A program made the translations under genes and the position numbers. From Candidatus Hydrogenedentota bacterium (GTDB lineage: Bacteria; Hydrogenedentota; Hydrogenedentia; Hydrogenedentales; SLHB01), in NCBI GenBank assembly GCA_963674865.2, contig CAXXYE010000008.1:352001-416000 (forward strand): a stretch of DNA of 64,000 nucleotides, read 5' to 3'. Under the pieces are notes generated by a model that did no database searches, was not told the DNA's origin, and saw nothing but the letters and a program-made list of their open reading frames with translations. Shown in pieces: positions 11,170-21,178 of the stretch. How positions within the stretch are numbered: position 1 is the first letter of the stretch; the number at the start of each line of letters is the position of its first letter.

Positions 11170-12264
11170 ATGAAATCCCATTCGATAGCGATTCTCGAAG
11201 GCGACGGCATCGGCCCGGAGGTCATGGCCGAAGCGCTCAAAGTGCTTGACGCCGTGAGCAAGCGCGCCGGTGTCGAGTTCGAGTTGAACCGTGCCCTATT
11301 CGGGGGCAAGGCCTACTTCGAGGCCGGTCTATCCTTTCCCGAGGAAACCAAGGCCATCTGCGATGCGGCAGACGCCATCCTCAAGGGGCCCATCGGCCTG
11401 AGCTACGAGGAGTCGCAGCGAATCCCCGTCGACGAACAGCCCGAGCGGGGCGGACTGCTGCCGCTGCGCAAACGCTACAACACCTTCGCCAATTTCCGGC
11501 CCGTGTATCTGCCCCCGGAGCTTACCCATTTCTCGCCGCTCCGTCCTGAGCGGGTGGCTGACGGCATCGATATCGTCATGATCCGCGAGTTGGTTGGCGG
11601 GCTGTATTTCGGCGCCAAGGAGCAGGGAACGACGGCGGACGGCCTCCGCTACGTCAAAGAGGCCCTCGAATACAACGAGGCCGAGATCAAGCGCATTCTG
11701 ATCGTCGCGTTCGAGGAGGCCCGGAAGCGTCGCAAGCTGCTTCACAGCATCCACAAGAGCAACGTGCTCATGTCCAGCGTCCTGTGGAACGAACTCGTCG
11801 ATGAACTGGCGGGAAACTATCCCGACGTGCAGGTGAAACACGTCATCGTCGACGCCGCCGCGACGGCGCTTGTCCTCAATCCACAGCAGTTCGACGTGAT
11901 GGTGATGGAAAACATGTTCGGCGATATCCTGAGCGACTTGGCGGGGGGCATCCTCGGCTCACTCGGCCTGATGCCCTCGGCCTGCATCGGCGCCGAGAAG
12001 TCCTACTACGAGCCTTCCCACGGTTCGGCGCCGGATATCGCGGGACAGGGAATTGCCAATCCCTACTCGATGATCGGCTCCGTGGCCCTCATGCTCGAGA
12101 AGAGCTTCGACATGCCGGCCGAGGGGCGGGCGATCTGGGACGCCCTGCGGCGCGTCTTCGGCGCCGGCTATGTCACGGCGGACCTCGCCGACCGCGCTCC
12201 CGGCCTCGAGGTCATCTCGACAAGCCGCTTCGGCGACGAGGTCCTGGCGGCGCTGGACGCGTAG
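11170..12264 (+). CDS. leuB: 3-isopropylmalate dehydrogenase
   Basis: [44 protein letters not shown] and [19 protein letters not shown] motifs. Confidence 0.9.
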   Translation: MKSHSIAILEGDGIGPEVMAEALKVLDAVSKRAGVEFELNRALFGGKAYFEAGLSFPEETKAICDAADAILKGPIGLSYEESQRIPVDEQPERGGLLPLRKRYNTFANFRPVYLPPELTHFSPLRPERVADGIDIVMIRELVGGLYFGAKEQGTTADGLRYVKEALEYNEAEIKRILIVAFEEARKRRKLLHSIHKSNVLMSSVLWNELVDELAGNYPDVQVKHVIVDAAATALVLNPQQFDVMVMENMFGDILSDLAGGILGSLGLMPSACIGAEKSYYEPSHGSAPDIAGQGIANPYSMIGSVALMLEKSFDMPAEGRAIWDALRRVFGAGYVTADLADRAPGLEVISTSRFGDEVLAALDA

Positions 12265-12277
12265 CGGGCCGTATACG

Positions 12278-13189
12278 ATGCCTCGCGCCCAGAAAATCGC
12301 CGCCGCACTGGCCCTGGCCGTGGCCGCGGGAGGATGGTCGCTCTCGCCCGTCTTCATCCGCGTGCTCAGCGGCAACTACGACGTCTATACGCAGGCGTTC
12401 ATCCGCTACTTCAGCGCCGTGGTGATGCTTGTCCCGATCAGCCTCATCTGGTTTCCCCGCGACTTCCTGCGGATGCTCCGCTCGCCGCTGCCGCTCGTCG
12501 TGCTGGCGGGCGTCAACGCGCTCACCCAACTGCTTTGGACGGCCGGCTGCTACGGTGCCCCGCCGACGCTCGCCCAGCTTATCAGCAAACTCTCCATCAT
12601 CTTCGTGATCGTGTTCAGCTTTGCCGTCTTTCGTGAAGAGCGGGCCATTATCCGGAGCCCCCGCTATCTCCTTGGTACATTGCTCGGCATTATCGGCGTG
12701 GCCGGCGTCCTGGCCGACGAGCCCGGCTCGCTGAGGCCCGTCATCAACGTGTCTGTACTGATCCTATTCGTCGTGGCCATCGGCTGGGCGGGCTATACGG
12801 TTCTCGCCAAGCACCTTGTCGCCGGCAGGCACCCTGTGCCCATGTTCACCGTCGTCGCCATCGCCACTACGGCCGCCTTCGTGCCGTTCATGTTCGTCCT
12901 GGGCGATCCCGGCCAGCTCACCCGCGCCGGCCTCCGCGTCACCGCTATCGCCTTCCTTTCCGGCACACTGCCCATCGCCGCCGCCCACCCCGCTTATTAC
13001 TACGCCCAGAAACGCCTCGGCGCGGCCTTCTGCGGCAGCATCATCCTGCTCAATCCACTCCTGACATACGCCTTTGCGCGCATCGTCTGGCCCGATGAGC
13101 ACCTACTCGCCATCCAATGGATCGGCGGCGGCATCCTCCTTGCCGGCGTCTTCCTCGTCACCCACGCCCGTGCCCGGAATCAGGGCTGA
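12278..13189 (+). CDS. DMT/EamA family transporter
   Basis: About 10 hydrophobic helices in two repeats, ~300 aa. Confidence 0.8.
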   Translation: MPRAQKIAAALALAVAAGGWSLSPVFIRVLSGNYDVYTQAFIRYFSAVVMLVPISLIWFPRDFLRMLRSPLPLVVLAGVNALTQLLWTAGCYGAPPTLAQLISKLSIIFVIVFSFAVFREERAIIRSPRYLLGTLLGIIGVAGVLADEPGSLRPVINVSVLILFVVAIGWAGYTVLAKHLVAGRHPVPMFTVVAIATTAAFVPFMFVLGDPGQLTRAGLRVTAIAFLSGTLPIAAAHPAYYYAQKRLGAAFCGSIILLNPLLTYAFARIVWPDEHLLAIQWIGGGILLAGVFLVTHARARNQG

Positions 13190-13267
13190 AGCGCGCCGAA
13201 ATGGCCCACGCCGTAGGGCGCGATCTTGAACCAACCGGCCTGACGCGACATGAGATGCCCATCCAGA

Positions 13268-13426
13268 TCCTCGGTAGCTCAGTTGGTAGAGCGGGTGGCT
13301 GTTAATCCCGCCTGCGGCGGGACCTACGGCCCAGTCACAGGTCGAGGCGCAGCCGAGATACCGCGCTACCGGCGCGGTATTTGAGTCCAGTCGCGGATCT
13401 CGCCGCATGCAGGGCCCGAGGAGCGA
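13268..13426 (+). pseudogene. tRNA-Asn copy disrupted by palindromic insertions
   Basis: Identical to tRNA-Asn from TCCTCGG through CTGTTAA; then hairpin TCCCGCCTGCGGCGGGAC, GTCACAGG, hairpin ATACCGCGC/GCGCGGTAT, TTGAGTCCAGTC, a degenerate hairpin, and CCGAGGAG. Confidence 0.85.
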
Positions 13427-13508
13427 GAGCGTCTTCCTCGTCACCCATGGCCGCGCCCGAAATCGGTGCTGAAGCGCGCCGAAATGGCCCTCGCCGCCCG
13501 CCGCGATC

Positions 13509-13540
13509 TTGAACCCGCCGCGCTCAACATGGTATAAGAT
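13509..13540 (+). promoter_or_regulatory. Putative sigma70 promoter of tRNA-Asn
   Basis: TTGAAC-N18-TATAAG with TG extension, just upstream of the tRNA. The -10 is decayed (CATGAG) in copy 1. Confidence 0.5.
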
Positions 13541-13551
13541 GCCCATCCAGA

Positions 13552-13627
13552 TCCTCGGTAGCTCAGTTGGTAGAGCGGGTGGCTGTTAACCACTAGGTCA
13601 CAGGTTCGAGTCCTGTCCGAGGAGCCA
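13552..13627 (+). tRNA. tRNA-Asn (GTT)
   Basis: 76-nt cloverleaf: acceptor TCCTCGG/CCGAGGA, D arm GCTC/GAGC, anticodon arm GGTGG-CTGTTAA-CCACT, T arm ACAGG-TTCGAGT-CCTGT, encoded CCA. Confidence 0.97.
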
Positions 13628-13637
13628 TGACCCTTTC

Positions 13638-13683
13638 AATGCGAGAACTTGCCCCCATCGGAGTTCTCGCATTTTCTGTTTTC
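13638..13683 (+). terminator. Hairpin/terminator after tRNA-Asn
   Basis: AATGCGAGAACT...AGTTCTCGCATT stem followed by TTCTGTTTT. Confidence 0.6.
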
Positions 13684-13856
13684 AGGCCAACTGCTCTCTC
13701 ACCCTCATAGACGCAGCGAAGGACCAAAACGTGCGGCCCCATAGTCTCTGCTTCCGCAAGTAGCAATTTCAGCAACAGCTCCAACCCTGCAGGCACATAA
13801 GGCCTTGTAACCGAAGGGGAAACTCTGCGACGATCTTTGGTGACACAATCCAACAA

Positions 13857-13888
13857 ACCGCGGGTTCGAATCCCGCCCTCGCTAGCCA
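13857..13888 (+). other. Isolated tRNA 3' fragment (T arm and 3' acceptor strand, Ser-like)
   Basis: GCGGG-TTCGAAT-CCCGC-CCTCGCTAGCCA with no matching 5' half. Confidence 0.55.
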
Positions 13889-13947
13889 TGCTCTATGTGG
13901 TCTCCGATGAGTTGATCCCGGACAGCCACAGTCGCGGCCATGAACAT
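13888..13947 (+). pseudogene. ZIP (ZupT/GufA) metal transporter C-terminal fragment
   Basis: MLYVVSDELIPDSHSRGHE matches the ZIP penultimate-helix motif; no surrounding gene. Confidence 0.55.
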
Positions 13948-14117
13948 CCGTGCAAGATGCGAGAATCCTCGCCGGACTTCCTGTCGAGCTCGGCGATTCG
14001 TCGGCAGTCCGTCCAGAAGTTGAAGGGGATATTCGGTCCGGCGTTTCGAGGTTGAGCGCTCGTTCGACTCGTTCTCGGGACGTGGTCACGCGCTGTCTTC
14101 AGACTACGGACGCCTTT

Positions 14118-15263
14118 CTATTCGGCTGGCGTTTCACTAATAGGGCGACGCATTGCTTTGATGCGGTCGTACCGGTAGTCGAACAGGTCCTTTCGCTCTT
14201 TATGCCCCCGTTGCGTGGCGTAGAAAAGGTACAGCCATTCCTTGCCGTCGACCTTAGTCACGAGGGCCTGGGGTACATGGCACGCTGCAGCGTCAGTATC
14301 GGGCGGGATGAAACCGACGATGCGCCAGTTGAGCCCGTCGTCCGACACGGCTTCACAAAGGGCACGGCTAGTCCAACCCGCGTTGGGGTCATTCACTTTG
14401 GGCGGGTAGCCGTTGGGATCGGCAAAGGCGTGATAGCGGTTGCCGACACGGATGACCTCCGGGTTGGGCCACGTGGGAATGCACGGCTCCGCCAAGTCGC
14501 TGACAATCTTGAATGCGCCCTTGGCCCGGAAGTCACCGTCGCATTCGGCGTAGCCCATGCACACACCCATGGTTGGATGCCAGTAGTCGAACCACAGGCG
14601 CCATTTGCCGCCCTCCCACATGAGGCTGGGCCGGTTGAAATCGCCCGTCCAGCCTTCGTCGGTTCCGGGGTCCTGGACCTCTTTCGATTCAATGAGCAGC
14701 GGCTGGGCGGTCTTCTCCCAGTGGATGCCATCGTCCGATGTGGCGCCCATGACGCACAGGAGCATGTTGTTTGGATGACCTTTGACGGGGCGCGTGAAAT
14801 TCTTGCTCGTGGCACTGTAGGCCATGTAGTACTTCCCGTCACGAAAAACGACGGAGGGGTCGCCATTGTGCCATTCGTCGTAGAACCTATCGCTGGCCCA
14901 GAGCACCGGCACCCATTTGGCCGGTTCCATCCCGGTATCCCAGCCTTCTTCGCCTGCGTACACTTCCCAATCCGTCAAGTTCTTCGACCGTGCATGGAAT
15001 ATGGCGTCGCAGCCGGGATAATCGGGATTGATGTCCGCGGAAGCCCAGCCGAAGAACCACATCTTGTAGCGGTACTCCTCATCCGGAAATTCGCGCACAC
15101 ACGGTTGGTACATGTTTGCAAAGCCCCAGATCAGGCTCTGCTCCTGGCGTTCCCAGGCCCCGACCGGCTGCACGGGACGATCGTATCCACTGTCGGCGGG
15201 ACTCATGAATGAGAGGGCAATACCCAATGACACGAGCGTGACCCACGTCCTGTGAAAACACAT
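14118..15263 (-). CDS. Secreted five-bladed beta-propeller glycosidase-like protein (GH32/43 clan-like)
   Basis: Signal peptide; repeated blades (NGDPSV, ATSDDGIHW, NRPSL, AVSDDGLNW). Confidence 0.6.
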   Translation of the reverse strand: MCFHRTWVTLVSLGIALSFMSPADSGYDRPVQPVGAWERQEQSLIWGFANMYQPCVREFPDEEYRYKMWFFGWASADINPDYPGCDAIFHARSKNLTDWEVYAGEEGWDTGMEPAKWVPVLWASDRFYDEWHNGDPSVVFRDGKYYMAYSATSKNFTRPVKGHPNNMLLCVMGATSDDGIHWEKTAQPLLIESKEVQDPGTDEGWTGDFNRPSLMWEGGKWRLWFDYWHPTMGVCMGYAECDGDFRAKGAFKIVSDLAEPCIPTWPNPEVIRVGNRYHAFADPNGYPPKVNDPNAGWTSRALCEAVSDDGLNWRIVGFIPPDTDAAACHVPQALVTKVDGKEWLYLFYATQRGHKERKDLFDYRYDRIKAMRRPISETPAE

Positions 15264-15947
15264 GGCTTTTCCTTTCCGGTTGTGCACCGAGGACTCCTCT
15301 ATCTGCGCTGTAATCCCTTCCTTCATGCGCGGCGGAACGGCGTCGCGTGTAAGGGGATGATGATGACGTCGCTCTTCCCCTTGCCCAAAACCACCGTAAC
15401 AGACGGGCCAAGGAGTGCAGGCAGTTCTGCTACAGGTGTGCTACCCGCTGTGAGCGCGCAGGATGATATCCCAGATTGCATCGGGTCTGACCGTCTCTTC
15501 CTCCCGGGTGGGGGTTAACCAGCCCCCTCAATATTCTCCTTACATCCGTAGATTAGGATGCTGTTGGCTTCGACTGACTCCCCCGGTGCTTGTGCCTGCG
15601 GTCCATCGGACCAACCGACATTCAAAGGGGTGATGACCCTGGCATCGAGGTTGTGCCTCGCATTTTCTCGTCCGCGTTGCTGCCATTGAACCTACGTCAT
15701 TTGCCGAGTAAGCTTCAAGAAGCAAGGGGCACGCACACATCCCGCGGCGACGTTGTCGAACCCACGTTGTTCCTGTGGCTCGAACGGGAAGCTTCGGTGA
15801 TGACGGCGATGAAGCCCGCAGCGACGCTGACCTGCAATCTCGACGAGGAGCCGCGAGAACCGCTGACTGGTGAACGTTCGATTCGATTTGGCATGGCAGG
15901 CTAGGGACGAAAGCCGTGGCGCGCGGAAGCAATGGAAGGAAAAGGTC

Positions 15948-18900
15948 ATGTTTGGGGACAGTGTGCGATTGGGCTTCATTCTGGCTGTTCTTGCAGGAGC
16001 ACTCATCTGCAGTTCACGTTGCCACGCGCTGACGGGCTGGGCCATGCAAGAACAATTCGGCGTTCACGAGCCCCCCGTGTCTGAAAACGGAGTGTGCGCG
16101 GGGCATATCGGCGCCTTACCCTCATTCGAGGCAACGCCGCCGTCAGTGGGCACGCATCTTGTCCGCGTGTCGTTGCCCTTCGTGCCTGCTGCGTTGCCCG
16201 CGGAGATGGGCCTATGTGCGTCCTGCGGGGGCGCGGACGTTATCGCGGATGTACGCCCGCTCACATACCATCCGGGCCGGCCGAGATCGATACGCCGTGC
16301 GTTGGTCACCTTTCCTTTCAATTTCGCGGACACGACAAAGTGCGCCTTCAAACTTGCTCTGACCCCACCGCAAGAAGGCACCCATGGGGGCGATGTGACG
16401 GAGGAGGACAATGGGCTCGGAATCTCGCTCGGACCTCTGACGATTCATGTCGGTCCCGACACCGTCACATGGCGTATGAAAGCGGGGGAGACATGGCAGG
16501 CCAGCCTTATCGCGCCGCCGAGGTCATCAAGTGAGTTCGTTGCGGAAACCGTCGAAGCGGGACAGCATTACGTCTGGGTGCGGCTCCTCCTCTCTGACCC
16601 GGATTGGCCGCGGATCATCGAGGTCCAGGCAGATTGCCTCGGTACCGTGGCGATCCAGGGGCACGTGCAACGCCGCGCCGAGGGCGACGCGACGGCGCCC
16701 GATCTCGGCTGGCATCTCAACGCCCCCGGACTGCCGGCGGGAATCCAGCACGTGTTTGCGGACGGCGAACCGTGTGTGGTCACCGCATCGGACGGAGCGA
16801 CAGTCGTCACGTTTCCCGTAGCCCCATTGACCCGCCGGGGAAGCGTGGCGAGCACCGCGGACGAACTGAGGTATCTGCGCTGTACGGCCGACGAGGGTGT
16901 GCCGTTCCAGAGCATGGCCTGGCGGCGGGCGGCGGTCGTGGTTGGGCCTGCGTCCAGCACGGCCCGAAACGCGCTGCTTGAGCCGGACCTTGCTGTAACC
17001 GTCGTTCCGGAAGCGTTTGATGCTGTGTACGGGTCGGGCACTTCGGTGGACCTAGCGCTATGGCCCGTGCTGGACGACTGTTCCGAATATACGCGGGCGG
17101 CGGTGAAAAGGTCTGCCGCAGTGGGCGACGATTACGGGAACATCACCACATTTTCACACGGGCAACAGCATGGCGGCGCATACGGCATGAACCGGCTCAA
17201 TCATTGCCCGGCTGTATTTGAGGAGGCCTACCGAACCCGCGATAGGGCCCTACGTAACGCGGCGGTCTTGTGGTGTGGCAACGTGCACGACCTGTCGTTG
17301 TGGTGGGGCGACGATGATGATTTCGGAGGCACGCGGTACAACAACGCCTCGGCGGCGGGCCACAAGGAGCACGAGGGCGACCCGAACTTCATGTGGCGGT
17401 TGGACGGGGCAAGCACGTTTTGCACGAAGGGATACGACGCGTTTTTCTACGCCTACGAGGAGACCGGCGACCCGCGCATGATGACGGCGCTGCTGGGCCA
17501 GGTCGACTACGCGTCGAAGCACGTTCACGCCGATACGGGCCAATGCCGGGACATCGGCGACGTAGCCGATTTCATGCGGCTGTACCGGTTCACCGGCGAT
17601 GTCCGGTTCAAGCACGAGGCCTTGCGGCTGTTCCGCGAACTGCGCACGAAGTTGTCGGCGGGCGACCTGTTCAGCCAAGGCGGCCAGCCTATTGCGAAGG
17701 ACGGTCCGTTTATCGATGACGACCAGCACGGCTACGAGGCGCCGTTCGCCAAACCGTACATCATCGGATATGCCTTGGCGGGATTACCGGACTTGTTACG
17801 CGAATGTCCCGACGAGCCGCGCTTGCGCGATGTGGTGCGTGCGGTGGCCGATTTTCTGGCGGCCTCGCAAGACCCAACCGGCGGGTGGCGGTACCCACAC
17901 CCCGCGAGTTCTGGACTGATTCTCAGCCAGAACATGGAACACGCGGCCCAACTCGTCCGGGCTGCATCGGTGCTCGAAGCCCGCGGCGAGCCCATTGACA
18001 ACTTGATCGACGCCATTGAACGCGCCCTGCAAACGCGGGTCGCGGGATTTGGACGCTCGGGCCGTATCTTGGCGTCCGTGACCGGTTGGGAGCAGACAAC
18101 CGGCGCGATACCTGAAGGGAAGACCATCTACGACCTTTGCGCCAAGCCGGATGACCGAGACCCGTCCCGCGACTACACCGAAGGCGCGGTGGGCGTGGGG
18201 TCCGCGCCGCCGGAGGGTCTGGTGTATTTCCCCGACGTGTTGCGATTCTACCTGGGGCGCCGGCCCGCGGAGCGTCTGTTTGCGATGAGCCCCGAATTGG
18301 CCTTGGTGGTGGCGCGTATTCCTGACGCACGGCTCCGGCTCACGCCCGCCGATAAGGGTTCGTATCTTCGTATCGAACGGCCCGACGACCCGAGCGTCGG
18401 CTTTTTGCTTTGGGGACCCGAATGGGTGACTTTTCCCGAACTGGGTTATTCGGAAGAGGAACTCGGCGGAATGGCGTTGGATTGGAAGAGGGACGAGGCA
18501 ACCGGTGCGGTTTCCTACACGATCGACCGGGAAAGCGCCACGTTTACCGCCAGCTTTGTGCCGCATCCCGATTATGTTGAGTGCACCTACACGACATGGC
18601 CGAAGCCCGGCGTCGTTCCGAGCGGTAATCTGGGCGTGGGGCCTTGCACCCAAATGAAAGCCGGTGTCTTCGAAACGGACTCACAAGACTTGCTCAGCAG
18701 GCTGTGGTTTCTCAGCAACGGGGAGTGGACGAGCCTTGGGTCGTGCGCAGGCGGCAACGAGCGCAATGTCCTGCATATTCAAGGCAATCCTTCGCCCGAG
18801 ATGACGGGAGGCATGGCCGAGAGCGGATGGCGCACGATTCAGTCGCCTCGGCCCGACAACGCGCTTATCGCTTGCACGAGCCCGGACGGTCGGTGGGTGG

Positions 18901-20207
18901 CCGCCACCGCAGCGGAGTTCTCGACCAGCCTGTGCAACAACGCCGGGGCATCGCACCGGTGTATCCATTCGCAAGGGTCAATACCCCTGCGCAAGGACGG
19001 TCCCACGACCTTGCGCGTCCATGTGTATCTGCTGGAAGGCACACTCGACGATCTGCGCGCCCGGTATGAACTGGACGCGGCGCGCTGGCAGGCCGCACCT
19101 GCCGCCCCGCCCGCAGCCGTGGCCGGCGTGGATACCTACGGCGTTCGCCGGATGTTGCCTTCATTCAACGACATTCGCGTGCGGCGCATGGGTTTTCCGT
19201 TGGCGTGGCCACACACGGACTTGCCGTTCGCGGAATGGCGCGCAGAAGCACGGCGCGTGTACCTCGACAGCCTGTCCACTCCGCCGCAGCGCGCAACCTT
19301 TGCGCCCGCCGTAATCGCCGTCGAGGACCGCGGGGCGTATGAGGCCCGCAAGATTGCTTTCAACGTCAATGCCGACTGTCGCATCAAAGCCTACCTGCTC
19401 GTGCCGAAGGGCAACGGCCCCTTCCCGGGGATGATCGCCCTACACGATCACGGGGCGCATTTCTCCATCGGCAAGGAGAAGGTCGTGCGGCCTTTCGGCG
19501 AACCCCAAGCCGTGCTCGACGATGCCACGGCGTGGGTGAACGAGTGTTACGGCGGCCGTTGGATCGGCGACGAACTTGCCAAGCGTGGCTACGTGGTCCT
19601 CGCCATCGACGTGTTGTACTGGGGAGACCGCGGCCGCATGGAAGGCGTCGACTACGAGGACCAGCAGGCGGTCGGCGCCAACATGTTGCATCTCGGCTAC
19701 TCGTGGGCGGGATACAACGTGTGGGATGACATCCGCAGCGCTGAGTTTCTCCAAGGGCTGCCGGAGGTCGACCCGGACCGGATTGCGTGCGTCGGCCTCT
19801 CCATGGGCGCCAACCGCACGTGGCATCTGGCGGCCGCGACGGATATTGTAAAGGCTGGCGCTGCCATTTGTTGGATGGGCGATACGGCAACCCTCGCCGA
19901 GGAGGGCAATAACCAGACCACAGGGTACTCGGCGTACAGCATGATTCATCCGGGTCTACGTAACGCCCTCGACTATCCCGACGTGGCCGCCATCGCGTGT
20001 CCGAAGCCCATGCTGTTCTTCAACGGTTCACAGGACGGCCTGTTCCCCGTGCCCGGCGTCGAGGCCGCCTATGCACGAATGCGGGACGTCTGGGAGTCGC
20101 AAGACGTTGCGGGTCGCCTCTACTGCCGGCTCTGGGACGTGCCTCACGAGTTCAATGCGGCTATGCAAGAGGACGCCTTTGCCTGGCTTGACCGGTATAT
20201 GAAGTAA
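15948..20207 (+). CDS. Large secreted multidomain protein with a C-terminal alpha/beta hydrolase (dienelactone hydrolase/esterase-like) domain
   Basis: Signal peptide; helical central region (YAYEETGDPR, LYRFTGD); ALHDHG, WDDIRSAEFL, GLSMG nucleophile elbow and HEFN motifs. Confidence 0.7.
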   Translation: MFGDSVRLGFILAVLAGALICSSRCHALTGWAMQEQFGVHEPPVSENGVCAGHIGALPSFEATPPSVGTHLVRVSLPFVPAALPAEMGLCASCGGADVIADVRPLTYHPGRPRSIRRALVTFPFNFADTTKCAFKLALTPPQEGTHGGDVTEEDNGLGISLGPLTIHVGPDTVTWRMKAGETWQASLIAPPRSSSEFVAETVEAGQHYVWVRLLLSDPDWPRIIEVQADCLGTVAIQGHVQRRAEGDATAPDLGWHLNAPGLPAGIQHVFADGEPCVVTASDGATVVTFPVAPLTRRGSVASTADELRYLRCTADEGVPFQSMAWRRAAVVVGPASSTARNALLEPDLAVTVVPEAFDAVYGSGTSVDLALWPVLDDCSEYTRAAVKRSAAVGDDYGNITTFSHGQQHGGAYGMNRLNHCPAVFEEAYRTRDRALRNAAVLWCGNVHDLSLWWGDDDDFGGTRYNNASAAGHKEHEGDPNFMWRLDGASTFCTKGYDAFFYAYEETGDPRMMTALLGQVDYASKHVHADTGQCRDIGDVADFMRLYRFTGDVRFKHEALRLFRELRTKLSAGDLFSQGGQPIAKDGPFIDDDQHGYEAPFAKPYIIGYALAGLPDLLRECPDEPRLRDVVRAVADFLAASQDPTGGWRYPHPASSGLILSQNMEHAAQLVRAASVLEARGEPIDNLIDAIERALQTRVAGFGRSGRILASVTGWEQTTGAIPEGKTIYDLCAKPDDRDPSRDYTEGAVGVGSAPPEGLVYFPDVLRFYLGRRPAERLFAMSPELALVVARIPDARLRLTPADKGSYLRIERPDDPSVGFLLWGPEWVTFPELGYSEEELGGMALDWKRDEATGAVSYTIDRESATFTASFVPHPDYVECTYTTWPKPGVVPSGNLGVGPCTQMKAGVFETDSQDLLSRLWFLSNGEWTSLGSCAGGNERNVLHIQGNPSPEMTGGMAESGWRTIQSPRPDNALIACTSPDGRWVAATAAEFSTSLCNNAGASHRCIHSQGSIPLRKDGPTTLRVHVYLLEGTLDDLRARYELDAARWQAAPAAPPAAVAGVDTYGVRRMLPSFNDIRVRRMGFPLAWPHTDLPFAEWRAEARRVYLDSLSTPPQRATFAPAVIAVEDRGAYEARKIAFNVNADCRIKAYLLVPKGNGPFPGMIALHDHGAHFSIGKEKVVRPFGEPQAVLDDATAWVNECYGGRWIGDELAKRGYVVLAIDVLYWGDRGRMEGVDYEDQQAVGANMLHLGYSWAGYNVWDDIRSAEFLQGLPEVDPDRIACVGLSMGANRTWHLAAATDIVKAGAAICWMGDTATLAEEGNNQTTGYSAYSMIHPGLRNALDYPDVAAIACPKPMLFFNGSQDGLFPVPGVEAAYARMRDVWESQDVAGRLYCRLWDVPHEFNAAMQEDAFAWLDRYMK

Positions 20208-20280
20208 GGGAACACGTGCAAGGAACGAGACGAACACCGGACGAGGCTAAGCTGTCACGACCTTTACGGCGGATGCGTAG

Positions 20281-20781
20281 TCACAGGCCGGCGTAGAGCC
20301 AATCGTGGGACGTACTGTGGGCGATGTTCCAGTCCGCAAGCTTGCGGGCACATCGGAGGGCGTCCGCATTCCCCGAGTATCTGTAGTAACTGAGGCACGC
20401 CTCGATATTGATTGCGTGGTGGAATGCCGGGTAGACCACGCCGCGGTCAACTACGGGCTCTGTATAAGGTCGTCCACTGGGACTGAGCTTTGCGTGCGTG
20501 AAGAAGGGCAGCAAAGGCTCTCCGGAGGCGTCGTGCAAGCGCTCCCCCTTGAACCACGCATCTTGGTCAACCAGCAGGAAGCGCATGGAGCGGTCGATGA
20601 ATTCTGAATAGGCTATTGCGGGCAGGAGGCCGGCGTCCTCGCTGCGCAAGGGCGCGCAAAAGACGATGCCGGATTCCGACGCGTAGCACATCGTCTCCGC
20701 ATTGCCAGTTGAGCATGTGAACATAAGATATGCACCTAAGGCCAGGCTCATTATGGCCCTTGTATCCGAGGAATCCCTCAC
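20281..20781 (-). pseudogene. Probable truncated secreted (alpha/alpha)-barrel glycosidase-like gene
   Basis: Signal-like N-terminus and YYRYSGNADALRCARKLADW helix motif, ending abruptly at 166 aa. Confidence 0.4.
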
Positions 20782-21178
20782 AACTCATCTCCTTGTTCGC
20801 GGCGGTTCGCAAATGATGCAAATGGCAGTTCAAAGGCATAGCGCCTATGCGGCAGTGTATCTCTGTTGATAGGGTTGCCAAACGGGCGACGCATGCGAAG
20901 AGGTGCGGTAGTTGTGGGGATTCAAGTCCAAGCCGGGAACCGATGGACAAAGGCCGTCAGGCATCCCCACACTGGAGAACAAGTTGCTCTCGGCCAGGAT
21001 GTCTTGGATAATGGAGCACGTTCTTGAGCAGGATTCCATCGCGGTCCGGCCGGACTGCCGCTGCCATGATGCGCTGCGGGCGCTGACTGTAACGGTAGGT
21101 TCGGGCCAGATAGAGTGGGTCGTGGAGAGGGAATCCGTTATGCTTCCGTGTCAAACAAACCGGAGAGGGTCAGTAGAG

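Larger units (their letters stand above)
13146..13627 (+). repeat. Diverged tandem duplication (copy 1 13146-13428, copy 2 13429-13627) of the DMT 3' end, promoter region and tRNA-Asn
   Basis: Both copies start GCGTCTTCCTCGTCACCCA and share GCTGAAGCGCGCCGAAATGGCCC, GCGATCTTGAACC and AGATGCCCATCCAGATCCTCGGTAGCTCAG. Confidence 0.9.

Noticed and set aside
13268..13426. Group I intron-containing tRNA or tmRNA
   Set aside because: Insertions are only about 20-35 nt at three separate positions, far too short for a group I core, and there is no tag ORF or tmRNA-like ends.
20790..21170. Possible gene fragments upstream of the esterase (also 15400-15900, 35300-35550, 36550-37020)
   Set aside because: They look like decayed coding DNA, but I could not assign any family.
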